64,000 bases of DNA from a virus. How positions within the stretch are numbered: the first letter of the stretch is position 1; the number at the start of each line of letters is the position of its first letter. The stretch lies in IMG/VR virus record IMGVR_UViG_3300035670_000033, positions 1-64,000 of that record. One strand, given 5' to 3'. This document shows positions 10,120 through 18,175 of the stretch, one piece after another. The notes below the pieces were generated by a model. That model was not told the DNA's origin. It saw nothing but the letters and a program-made list of their open reading frames with translations, and did no database searches. The position numbers and the translations under genes were made by a program.

Positions 10120-10378
10120 CAGAACTGTAACTTTCAACACTGATTCGGCAGACATTGAAAAAAGGGTTGCGTCTGTACTGTTTTATTTGGATATCGCCCA
10201 TGACCGTATTCTTCAGGATAACGAATATCCTGCGAGTAACGAAGTTATATCCACTCTCGCTGAGGCTAAGCAACTGATTTTTGCTATGAATACAACATTC
10301 ACTTCTTCGGCAGATGATCTTCCAGAGGACGAAACCTACGATTTGAACGAATATATTCACAGGTTTGATGTAGCCTAA
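10109..10378 (+). CDS. Hypothetical protein
   Basis: 89-aa ORF in operon context. Confidence 0.55.
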   Translation: MAHNRTVTFNTDSADIEKRVASVLFYLDIAHDRILQDNEYPASNEVISTLAEAKQLIFAMNTTFTSSADDLPEDETYDLNEYIHRFDVA

Positions 10379-10399
10379 ACAGGTATCCTGTGGAGGCTT

Positions 10400-10798
10400 A
10401 TGATAACCGAAATTTTACCCAGTAGTCAAGGACCAGTGGTCATTCATGATGGCATGGTTCTTCATCTTTCCGACTCGGAAGGCATGTGTATAGCAATTGA
10501 TGCACATCCAGAACTGTTACAGAATTTACAGGATTCCATTGTTGAGTTCGTAACCACTGTTACTGAATACAACTTGGAGATGTTTACCACTAAACGCCTC
10601 CCTGATTCTAAGATCATGAAAGAAGCCGTTCAAAGCATGGACACTTTTTTCAACTTGGCATATGTTGTTTATAAGGGTCATATGGAGCAAAAGGTGATTC
10701 AGAATAACCCTAGTTTGCCGAGAGAAGCGGTTCCAGCAGAAGTTATTAGAACCAATCATCCTGTGATAAATGCTTTCTACAAGTTTGAAGCACGATGA
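10400..10798 (+). CDS. Hypothetical protein
   Basis: GGAGG RBS; ATGA overlap with the next gene. Confidence 0.6.
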   Translation: MITEILPSSQGPVVIHDGMVLHLSDSEGMCIAIDAHPELLQNLQDSIVEFVTTVTEYNLEMFTTKRLPDSKIMKEAVQSMDTFFNLAYVVYKGHMEQKVIQNNPSLPREAVPAEVIRTNHPVINAFYKFEAR

Positions 10799-11388
10799 GC
10801 GATGTTCTGATTGGGCGTCCGGTTGATAACACGGTTTACACTCACGCAACTTTAGCCAACACTTTCACACGAGCGGAGTGTGAAACAATCATTGGTCTTG
10901 GTTTGGAAAAATTAGAGCAAGCCAAAATAGCCAACGGTGAAGTAGAGAACAAGACTAGGAGTTCAAAAGTCAACTTCTTGTTTCCGTCGGAAGAAACAAA
11001 ATGGATTTTTGACAGAATAAAAGAAGTAACCGACAATGTTAATGACAGGTTGTTTCACTTTGATTTACGATATTTCCCGAATGTTCAGTTCACCTCCTAC
11101 TCCACGGGCGATTATTATGACTGGCATATGGATCTAATTCCAAATGAAACACAGCAACTTTTTTCGCGAAAGTTGTCTTTATCGGTTGTTCTTTCAGACC
11201 CTCTTGAACATGAAGGAGGGGAGTTGGAGATAAACAGACATGCTAACGATAGTTGTGAAATCGCGCTGAAACCAGAGCAGGGGACAGTTGTATTTTTCCC
11301 TTCTTTTATTCAGCATCGCGTAACCAAAGTAACCAAAGGAACCAGATACTCTTTAGTTGTTTGGGTGGAAGGAGATAAGTTCAAATGA
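10795..11388 (+). CDS. 2OG-Fe(II) dioxygenase (prolyl-4-hydroxylase/PKHD-like)
   Basis: WHMD (HxD), EGGELE, IQHRVTKV (distal His), TRYSLVVW (2OG-binding Arg). Confidence 0.9.
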   Translation: MSDVLIGRPVDNTVYTHATLANTFTRAECETIIGLGLEKLEQAKIANGEVENKTRSSKVNFLFPSEETKWIFDRIKEVTDNVNDRLFHFDLRYFPNVQFTSYSTGDYYDWHMDLIPNETQQLFSRKLSLSVVLSDPLEHEGGELEINRHANDSCEIALKPEQGTVVFFPSFIQHRVTKVTKGTRYSLVVWVEGDKFK

Positions 11389-12143
11389 GTAAAGAGTTAG
11401 TTATCTATTGGGCACCTTGGATCTTGCGAGGTGGAACTTCAACGCAACAAGATTTCTCAGGACCTAGCGAAATAATGTTTACACCCCCAACCAGCCTTTG
11501 GTCGGAACTCACAACACAACTTTACGATCAGAGTGTTTCACGGAACTTCTTTCAATGTCCAGCAGTAAAAGACACCCTTACCCCAACTTATGTTATTTAT
11601 AACCCGCTTACAAGTTCGGCAGAAGTTGAAATAAAAGACAGTGGTGAAGTAGGTGAAGTAAGACAACAACCGGGTCGTGATTCTCAGATCAGAGTTACAA
11701 TGCCTCACGCACCTTCGCTGACAAATCAATTACTAGTTGTCTACAACCTTCAGCACATATTTTTTGCAGAAGAACCAGTTCTTATGAGATTGACATCACC
11801 ATGGTTTCACAAAGCGCCACACATGCAATACGGTTCTTTGATACCGGGGAATTACGATATTGGGCGATGGTTCAGACCAATAAACTTTGAATACAACCTT
11901 TGGGACGGAGGAACCAAACTATCTATAGAGGCTGGAGAACCACTTGCCTATGTTGAATTCGGAACAGATCGCAAAATAGTTTTAAAAAGATTTGAAGCAA
12001 CAGAAAAACTGCACACAATTGGGGCGGAAGTTATTCATGCCCGTTCTAAAAAGTGGAAAACACTTGGATCAAGATACGAACTCTTTGACCGTTCACCGTT
12101 AAGAAAAATTATTCTTAAAGAGATTTCGGGAAATCTTCTGTGA
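11385..12143 (+). CDS. Hypothetical protein within the dioxygenase cluster
   Basis: Coupled 252-aa ORF; WFRPINF...GEPLAYVEF; no clear HxD...H. Confidence 0.6.
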   Translation: MSKELVIYWAPWILRGGTSTQQDFSGPSEIMFTPPTSLWSELTTQLYDQSVSRNFFQCPAVKDTLTPTYVIYNPLTSSAEVEIKDSGEVGEVRQQPGRDSQIRVTMPHAPSLTNQLLVVYNLQHIFFAEEPVLMRLTSPWFHKAPHMQYGSLIPGNYDIGRWFRPINFEYNLWDGGTKLSIEAGEPLAYVEFGTDRKIVLKRFEATEKLHTIGAEVIHARSKKWKTLGSRYELFDRSPLRKIILKEISGNLL

Positions 12144-12655
12144 TATTTTTAGAGAGTTCAAATCTGATAGAAAAAAACCTTCAGGGATTTGAAGGGATAC
12201 TTGACTTCGCCCGTTTTAAATTCAACGACATTTATGGGCACACCGAATTCACAAAAGCATACCCAAACTACAATGTTTTTAGCCTCACAGCCACAGACAG
12301 TCTTATGTATTCGTTGTTTAAAGAACTTCAATTAAAGGTGCGTTCCGTATTGGGGGATCAACCGCTTTGGATGCAATGCTGGATGAACCATCACACACAG
12401 TACGAGGTTCTTGACTGGCATGATCACAATTTTCCGTGGCACGGCTATATCGCGATAGACCCCAAGAAAACAAATACCGTATTTGAAGACTTCACAATTG
12501 AAAACAAACCCGCACAGATATACTTTGGCGAAGGAAACAAAAAACACAAAGTTGAAGTGTTGGAGCCTTATGAAGGTCACCGAATTACGCTCGGCTTTGA
12601 CATTACGAACAAATCAGGAGAGAGGAGTAAGTATGTCAGTTTTATACCCTTCTAA
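12140..12655 (+). CDS. Putative 2OG-Fe(II) oxygenase-like (cupin) protein
   Basis: LDWHDH...WHGY...KHKV...RITLGFD pattern. Confidence 0.65.
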   Translation: MIFLESSNLIEKNLQGFEGILDFARFKFNDIYGHTEFTKAYPNYNVFSLTATDSLMYSLFKELQLKVRSVLGDQPLWMQCWMNHHTQYEVLDWHDHNFPWHGYIAIDPKKTNTVFEDFTIENKPAQIYFGEGNKKHKVEVLEPYEGHRITLGFDITNKSGERSKYVSFIPF

Positions 12656-13271
12656 CACAGGTAAAGAATCTTTCAGTTTGGGCGAACATATTGCTGTTTG
12701 GGATAATTTCTTTTCACCAGAACTGTGCAACAAGTTTATTGCGTTTTTTGAGTACCGTTCAAAGATGGCTTTTAAAAGAAACAACAGCATGAAACAAGAT
12801 GCTTCAGTTAATTTTGGTACAGAAATAGGTTTAAGAGAAGAAATCAATACAGAGTCTGTGTTTATAGATAATTCTATGAGCGATCAGTGTTTGCCTGAAT
12901 TTTTGACCAAGTTTTGGGATGTTTGTTTTCCGATGTATTTGGAGAAGTATCCGCATCTTGCTTCTAGTACCGCTAAATGTGATTTTTCGGTTATAAAACT
13001 TCAGAAAACACTTCCCAAAGAGGGTTATCATGTTTGGCATTGCGAGCAGGGGGATATAGCGACTTCCAGAAGAATGGCTTTCATCATCTTGTATCTAAAC
13101 GACGTTGATGCGGGTGGTGAAACAGAGTTTATTTATCAGTCGGCACGGGTGCATCCGATGCAAGGGCGTTTAGTTTTGGCACCTGCATCCTATACACACA
13201 CCCATAGAGGTAATCCACCACTGAGTGGGGCAAAATATATTTTGACTTCTTGGCTAGAGTTTCAGCAGTAA
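12633..13271 (+). CDS. 2OG-Fe(II) dioxygenase
   Basis: YHVWHCE, YLNDV..GGETEF, HTHRGNPP, KYILTSW; start moved to ATG 12633 after a GAGGA RBS. Confidence 0.9.
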   Translation: MSVLYPSNTGKESFSLGEHIAVWDNFFSPELCNKFIAFFEYRSKMAFKRNNSMKQDASVNFGTEIGLREEINTESVFIDNSMSDQCLPEFLTKFWDVCFPMYLEKYPHLASSTAKCDFSVIKLQKTLPKEGYHVWHCEQGDIATSRRMAFIILYLNDVDAGGETEFIYQSARVHPMQGRLVLAPASYTHTHRGNPPLSGAKYILTSWLEFQQ

Positions 13272-13287
13272 GGTAGTTGAATTGCAT

Positions 13288-13443
13288 TTACCATTTGCCC
13301 AAAGGGCATGATTGGTCGGGCATTTTCGTTTTGATTTTCATGAAGCATCCGCATTCTTTGCATTGTGCTGTTATTTTGAAGAATCGTGGGCATGCTAGGC
13401 AGATGGCGTATCGTTCGTGTGCTTCTAGTTTTTTGTTTTCCAT
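13288..13443 (-). CDS. Six-cysteine miniprotein (DUF6171-like), copy 2
   Basis: MENKKLEAHERYAICLACPRFFKITAQCKECGCFMKIKTKMPDQSCPLGKW* (51 aa); not in the ORF track. Confidence 0.75.
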   Translation of the reverse strand: MENKKLEAHERYAICLACPRFFKITAQCKECGCFMKIKTKMPDQSCPLGKW

Positions 13444-13914
13444 TTAGTTTTTTACCCAAAAGTATGAGGTTGCGTATCGGTCGCCTCGTGTTATTTCTTT
13501 GACCCCATGATAGATTGGGTTTACCCAATAGATGAGTGATCCTGCTTGGGGTTTTATTTCTGTGTCGTCTTGTGGGAAATATATTTCTCCGCCATCAAAA
13601 TCTTTGCTCCAATATACGATTGATGAGTAGTCGGGTTTTGTGTCTCTTTTTGTGAAGTCAATGTGGACGTCTTGTTTGTCTCCAACACTAAAAATACTGT
13701 ATTGAAGCCCGGAGTATTCGTAGTCTGAGATTGTTTCGTCAAATTCTTCTTCTATCAACGACTTGACTCTTTGTTTTATTGTGTCGTAGTTCAGTGTTGA
13801 AGGGAAACTTGGGAAAGAATCTTTTGGTGTAGTTGAAACATGTTGGGCGAACAGGTCTAGTTCTTCAACGGTCAAAACATCATGAATATAGTGAATCAGT
13901 CCCATTGGTACCAC
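13444..13914 (-). CDS. 2OG-Fe(II) dioxygenase
   Basis: VHID, FDGGEIYF, YHGVKEI, DRYATSYFW. Confidence 0.9.
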   Translation of the reverse strand: MVPMGLIHYIHDVLTVEELDLFAQHVSTTPKDSFPSFPSTLNYDTIKQRVKSLIEEEFDETISDYEYSGLQYSIFSVGDKQDVHIDFTKRDTKPDYSSIVYWSKDFDGGEIYFPQDDTEIKPQAGSLIYWVNPIYHGVKEITRGDRYATSYFWVKN

Positions 13915-15218
13915 TTTACCACCGAATAGCGGATACCAATTTTCACCGGATGCACTTGATGCATGTACGGGAAAGATGAGGAAAACACGACAACATCACC
14001 AGCATCAGGTTTTATTTTTATTCCAAATTCTTTGAATTCCAACTCCCCACCCTCAAAATTGTCATTAAGAAACATTGAAACAGACACGATTCGCGGATAG
14101 GTTTTCGCCTCGTCAAAATGATTATGAAACATGTTCCCCGGCTCGTACCGCAGAAGAACTGTGTGATGCGATTTTATTTCTGGAATACTGTAGCGACTTC
14201 TGTAGTCAACAACTATTTTGTCAATACCAAGTTCTAAAGATTTTTTTGCCCTTACTATTGGGTCTTGTGGGTGACATTCATCTTGTTTTGGTGATAGAAA
14301 ATAGTTAAAGCAGTTTCTTGCGCTATTTTCAACTGTTGGTTTTCCATCAATCAAAACTTCTGCTGGCACCCACTGTTGGAACATTGAGTTCTGTATTAAA
14401 CCTTTTATTACACGGGCTGAATCTTTGCCAGTTTTGTACAGGATGATGCCGGGCGCTAGTTCTTGTTTGAATTGTATTTCAATCTCAGATATTTCCGTAT
14501 CTTCCTCGTATGCATAACCAACGATTTCTTCATAGAGATTCAACGTCTGACTATAGTCATGGCATGCGCATACTGGTTGATTGATCGGACCATCTGGCAT
14601 GGCAAGAAATCTGTTGCGGTTAAAGAACCTTATATCGCCATCTTTACCGTGCGCGTTGAAGCCACTCTTATTTTTTTGTATCCAGTGATCTGGCTGTGTA
14701 AAATGCAAAAATAAACATATCGTGTATTTGTCTATATCGGTAGTTGGGTAAGGTGGTCTTGAATGGGTTTGTTGTTGACCACCAAAAATAATTGCGTCGT
14801 TGATGTTTTGTTCAAAGTGTTTTTCTTCAACTATTAAACCCCAATTGGCAGTATTTTCTATTGCTATATCAATTGTTGTTTGCGTCCCATTTTGATCTAA
14901 GTGTTCCCATAAGTGTGGTATACACCCATCTTTTATTTGGTATCGGACAGCATAAAAATAGGCTTTTTTTAATGTGTCGTCGTTGAATATTTCTTTTGCC
15001 TTTTCTAGGCAATATCTCTCAATGTCGTCATCAAATTCCACTGATGTTTCCCATCTTGCAAGCATTGTGTGGAACGTTGACGAATCTGTGCCCATACCAG
15101 TATTGTCTATCGCAGTTTTCACTCGTTCAAACATCTCATCTGAGAAAAAATTTGCGACTATTTTGGGCTCGGACAAAACATCTGGAAGTTCAAAAGATGG
15201 ATTTTTGGTTATTGGCAT
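13896..15218 (-). CDS. Two-domain 2OG-Fe(II) dioxygenase
   Basis: C-terminal HNHFD...FEGGELEF...HQVHPV...RYSVVKW; N-terminal HLD...HSRP second domain; ATG 15218 chosen as start. Confidence 0.85.
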   Translation of the reverse strand: MPITKNPSFELPDVLSEPKIVANFFSDEMFERVKTAIDNTGMGTDSSTFHTMLARWETSVEFDDDIERYCLEKAKEIFNDDTLKKAYFYAVRYQIKDGCIPHLWEHLDQNGTQTTIDIAIENTANWGLIVEEKHFEQNINDAIIFGGQQQTHSRPPYPTTDIDKYTICLFLHFTQPDHWIQKNKSGFNAHGKDGDIRFFNRNRFLAMPDGPINQPVCACHDYSQTLNLYEEIVGYAYEEDTEISEIEIQFKQELAPGIILYKTGKDSARVIKGLIQNSMFQQWVPAEVLIDGKPTVENSARNCFNYFLSPKQDECHPQDPIVRAKKSLELGIDKIVVDYRSRYSIPEIKSHHTVLLRYEPGNMFHNHFDEAKTYPRIVSVSMFLNDNFEGGELEFKEFGIKIKPDAGDVVVFSSSFPYMHQVHPVKIGIRYSVVKWYQWD

Positions 15219-15267
15219 GAGTTTACCAGACCAACCTGATTGAGGAGTGAAAAAAATTATCCATTTT

Positions 15268-16161
15268 CTAATACAATTCTCTGTATTCAAACACAGAATT
15301 TGGAAGCACTGTTCTTATGTCAATGTCAAAACCATAGTGATAATTTTTATTCACTTTCAATGCTTCAAAAACTGTTTTTTCGCTTGAAAATATTCCGTTA
15401 TAAAACGCCGTACCCAACAGACCAGATATTTTTTCTGCTTGGTTAAAAATAGACGCTTGATCTAAAATGTCCATGCCGGATAATTGGACTATTTCGTACC
15501 CCTTGTTGGCGTAATCTTTTTCTATCTCGTCTTCTAGATTGGGATCAACATAGCGTAATCTCATCTGTTCATTCTTCCAATTCTGAAGAACATGATTCCC
15601 GCCTACCGGGTGGTTGGGCAAATTTTCTGAAACTATCTTTCTTGACAGATAAATATTTTTGCCAAAATTATTTTGTTTTATAAATGGAAGAATACTTTTC
15701 CGTAATTCGTTATTTATTCCGGGGGTGTATGAGTAATTTGGTTGTTGATACGATTCGCCCATAATGCATTTTTGTGAGTCAAAAAGAACGACAAGTTTCT
15801 CTATGTGCAGATTCGTATTGAATGCATTGTTGATTGTTGTTCCATCGTAAATTTGACTAGAGCAGTATTTGCAAACATTGCCCATATTCTGGTATGCAGG
15901 ATAGAAGTAGTCGTTTTCTATCCAAAGATATTTTGCGCTTGAATCATACTTGCTCTTATAGTAAAGATAAAAACCATAGTATTCTTTTAAAAAATGAAAA
16001 TAGTGTGGGGTGCAAGTTATTGGAATATGTGTTCCGCTAAAAAAAACAAAACTGTCTGATAGTGGATTGTTTTTGATTCTTACGTTCTCAAATATTGATA
16101 TTGATCCGTCGGAATCATTTTCAACTGTATGGGAGTCATAAGTTGCATTTCTTATGAGCAT
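15268..16161 (-). CDS. Glycosyltransferase family 61-like (DUF563) protein
   Basis: HYFHFL, IYLSR, and LSGMDILDQASIFNQAEKISGLLGTAFYN match the GT61 C-terminal signature. Confidence 0.75.
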   Translation of the reverse strand: MLIRNATYDSHTVENDSDGSISIFENVRIKNNPLSDSFVFFSGTHIPITCTPHYFHFLKEYYGFYLYYKSKYDSSAKYLWIENDYFYPAYQNMGNVCKYCSSQIYDGTTINNAFNTNLHIEKLVVLFDSQKCIMGESYQQPNYSYTPGINNELRKSILPFIKQNNFGKNIYLSRKIVSENLPNHPVGGNHVLQNWKNEQMRLRYVDPNLEDEIEKDYANKGYEIVQLSGMDILDQASIFNQAEKISGLLGTAFYNGIFSSEKTVFEALKVNKNYHYGFDIDIRTVLPNSVFEYRELY

Positions 16162-16170
16162 TTTTGATTT

Positions 16171-16398
16171 TTACCATTTGCCGAGAGGGCATGTTGCTGA
16201 TTCAATTTTAACTTTTAGTTTCATGAAACAACCACATTCTTTGCATTGTTTTGTTGCTTTAATCAAACTTGGGCATTCTTCGCATAGTGAAAAACGTTTC
16301 TGTGCCGTATCCTCTGATGCTTGAGGGATGTTTGGGTTAAGCACATCCCATGGGCGTGTTGTACCCAACTTTTTCTTGTATTCCTGCCATGCGTTCAT
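16171..16398 (-). CDS. Six-cysteine miniprotein (DUF6171-like), copy 3
   Basis: RFSLCEECP...QCKECGCFMKLK...CPLGKW. Confidence 0.75.
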   Translation of the reverse strand: MNAWQEYKKKLGTTRPWDVLNPNIPQASEDTAQKRFSLCEECPSLIKATKQCKECGCFMKLKVKIESATCPLGKW

Positions 16399-16413
16399 TT
16401 CTAGGATTCTATC

Positions 16414-16644
16414 TTATGCAGGAGGATGGAAGCCAGATTCGTCATGGGTGTATCCCTCAACGACGACATCTTTTTGTTCTTCTGAAAGAACCATAACCTT
16501 TGGGTCAGAGGAAAGGGCTGCTACCTGAAGGGGCATGAATTCTGTCCTGAACGGGATAATTGTAGCCACTTCGCCGTCTACGACAAAAGCAAAGTAGGTG
16601 AAGTCTTCCTTGTTCCAAGTTGTTGGTTGTTGATGTTCTGACAT
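16414..16644 (-). CDS. Small tail-associated hypothetical protein
   Basis: FAFVVDGEVA...LSSDPKV motif; AAGGAG RBS. Confidence 0.55.
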   Translation of the reverse strand: MSEHQQPTTWNKEDFTYFAFVVDGEVATIIPFRTEFMPLQVAALSSDPKVMVLSEEQKDVVVEGYTHDESGFHPPA

Positions 16645-16668
16645 ATATCTCCTTTTATGACGATTTTA

Positions 16669-17376
16669 CTAGCAACCCGGTCCGTCGCAGTAAACGTTGT
16701 ACGTAATAGCGCAACTTGTTGCCCTGTAGTCTATCTGGAAACAGTTTCCAGCACCTTCATAGCATTTTCTTCCGCTGTTGTAGTAAAGAGCCGTGCAAGG
16801 TGCGGGTGGTGTCACAGGTGGTGTCACAGGTGGTGTCACAGGTGGTGTCACAGGTGGTGTCACAGGTGCTGGTGCAACATAACCGCAAACTCCATTTCTG
16901 TACGCTGGGTTATATCCACCCTCCCCTGGGCACCCGCCGCATCCACCTTGGTAATATTCATAACTTAAGGTACCTTCGCAGGTGTAACCAACAAATTGAA
17001 GCGTGCAATCACACGGTGCAACAGGCGGAGTCACTGGTGGTGTAACTGGTGGTGTGACTGGTGGTGTAACAGGTGGGACTACAGGGGTTACCGCAGTTGA
17101 AGCACTAGAAACATTACTCACACCATAACCACTAATAGTCGTAACCGTAAAAGTATAAGCAGTCCCATTACTCAAACCAGTAACAACAATAGGGGAACTA
17201 GAACCGCTAGCAGTAAACCCACCTGGCGAAGAAGTAGCCACAAAAGTCGCTGTACCCTTACCATCATAAACAGGCAAAGTAAACGACACAGTTGCCTGCC
17301 CGTTACCCGCAGTAGCCGAAACAGATGTCGGCGGATCTACATACTTTCCTTGGCTAGAAGTGTTGCCCGGAATCAC
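16669..17376 (-). CDS. FN3-domain protein with (PVTP)n tracts and Cys-rich segments
   Basis: PTSVSATAGNGQATVSF...GLSNGTAYTFTV (FN3); two PVTP repeat blocks flanking Cys-rich stretches. Confidence 0.75.
   Translation of the reverse strand: MIPGNTSSQGKYVDPPTSVSATAGNGQATVSFTLPVYDGKGTATFVATSSPGGFTASGSSSPIVVTGLSNGTAYTFTVTTISGYGVSNVSSASTAVTPVVPPVTPPVTPPVTPPVTPPVAPCDCTLQFVGYTCEGTLSYEYYQGGCGGCPGEGGYNPAYRNGVCGYVAPAPVTPPVTPPVTPPVTPPVTPPAPCTALYYNSGRKCYEGAGNCFQIDYRATSCAITYNVYCDGPGC
16805..16864. repeat. Perfect 12-bp tandem repeat (GGTGGTGTCACA x5)
   Basis: Read directly from the sequence; encodes the C-terminal PVTP tract of 16669..17376. Confidence 0.95.
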
Positions 17377-18074
17377 GAGGCACTCAAATCACCCATCAAC
17401 ATCCAAATGTTTGTGTCGCACTTTAATAGAGTTGCCGACGAGTATTGTGCACGCAAAAAGTTTCCGGGTGTTGAGTAAATGACAACCCCTGCACCAGCGA
17501 CTTGTGTTTTTCCTGTCCCATATTGAATGATGTGTATTTGGGTTCCGATTGGGAATGCGACAGAAGCGTTAGTTGGTACCGTGACGGTGTTCGCTGTTCC
17601 TACGCTCATTTTGATGAACTTTGTTGCGTCCGTGAGCACCAAAGTGTAGTTTGCGGACTTTTCGTCAATTGTTGCTACTGCTAGTTTGCTGAGTTCAATA
17701 GCGGCGGAGGTGTTAATGTCTGCATTGACTATCGTTCCGTCAACAATTTTTGCACTTGTTACGGAATTGTCGGCAAGTTTTGCGGTTGTCACAGCAAGAT
17801 TATTGATTTTTGCTGTTGTTACTTCACTGTCATCCAACTGTGCGCCGATTTCATTCCACTGGTTGTCGTTGCCGTATAGATACAGTTTGTTGTCGGAAAA
17901 CAGGTAGCAAACACGACCTGGGCTTAAAGTCGGCTCACCAACACCGCCAAACGCGGCATCACGAGCAGCGCTGTCCGCAAAATAAGCGACAGTTTGATCC
18001 ATTAGGTATGTGTTTATCTGCGATGCCAAAAGTTGGCTACCAGCGGAAAACAAGCGAACGCCTGCACCAGCCAT
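17373..18074 (-). CDS. Minor tail/structural protein
   Basis: TTAKI/VTSAKI repeats; YTLVLTDA...VTVPTNASVAFPIGT domain homologous to part of 7936..8976. Confidence 0.65.
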   Translation of the reverse strand: MAGAGVRLFSAGSQLLASQINTYLMDQTVAYFADSAARDAAFGGVGEPTLSPGRVCYLFSDNKLYLYGNDNQWNEIGAQLDDSEVTTAKINNLAVTTAKLADNSVTSAKIVDGTIVNADINTSAAIELSKLAVATIDEKSANYTLVLTDATKFIKMSVGTANTVTVPTNASVAFPIGTQIHIIQYGTGKTQVAGAGVVIYSTPGNFLRAQYSSATLLKCDTNIWMLMGDLSAS

Positions 18075-18175
18075 TTAAACCTCTGTTGCTTTCTTGAAAG
18101 TTATTTAGATTATACATCAAAAGACCTTATTTTTAATGAGGACAAATGTTGTAAAATTATTCTCGGGGTTCTTCA

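Noticed and set aside
13262-13528. Track ORF 13262..13528 (-)
   Set aside because: Wrong frame; the overlapping frame 13288..13443 encodes the recognisable six-Cys paralog.
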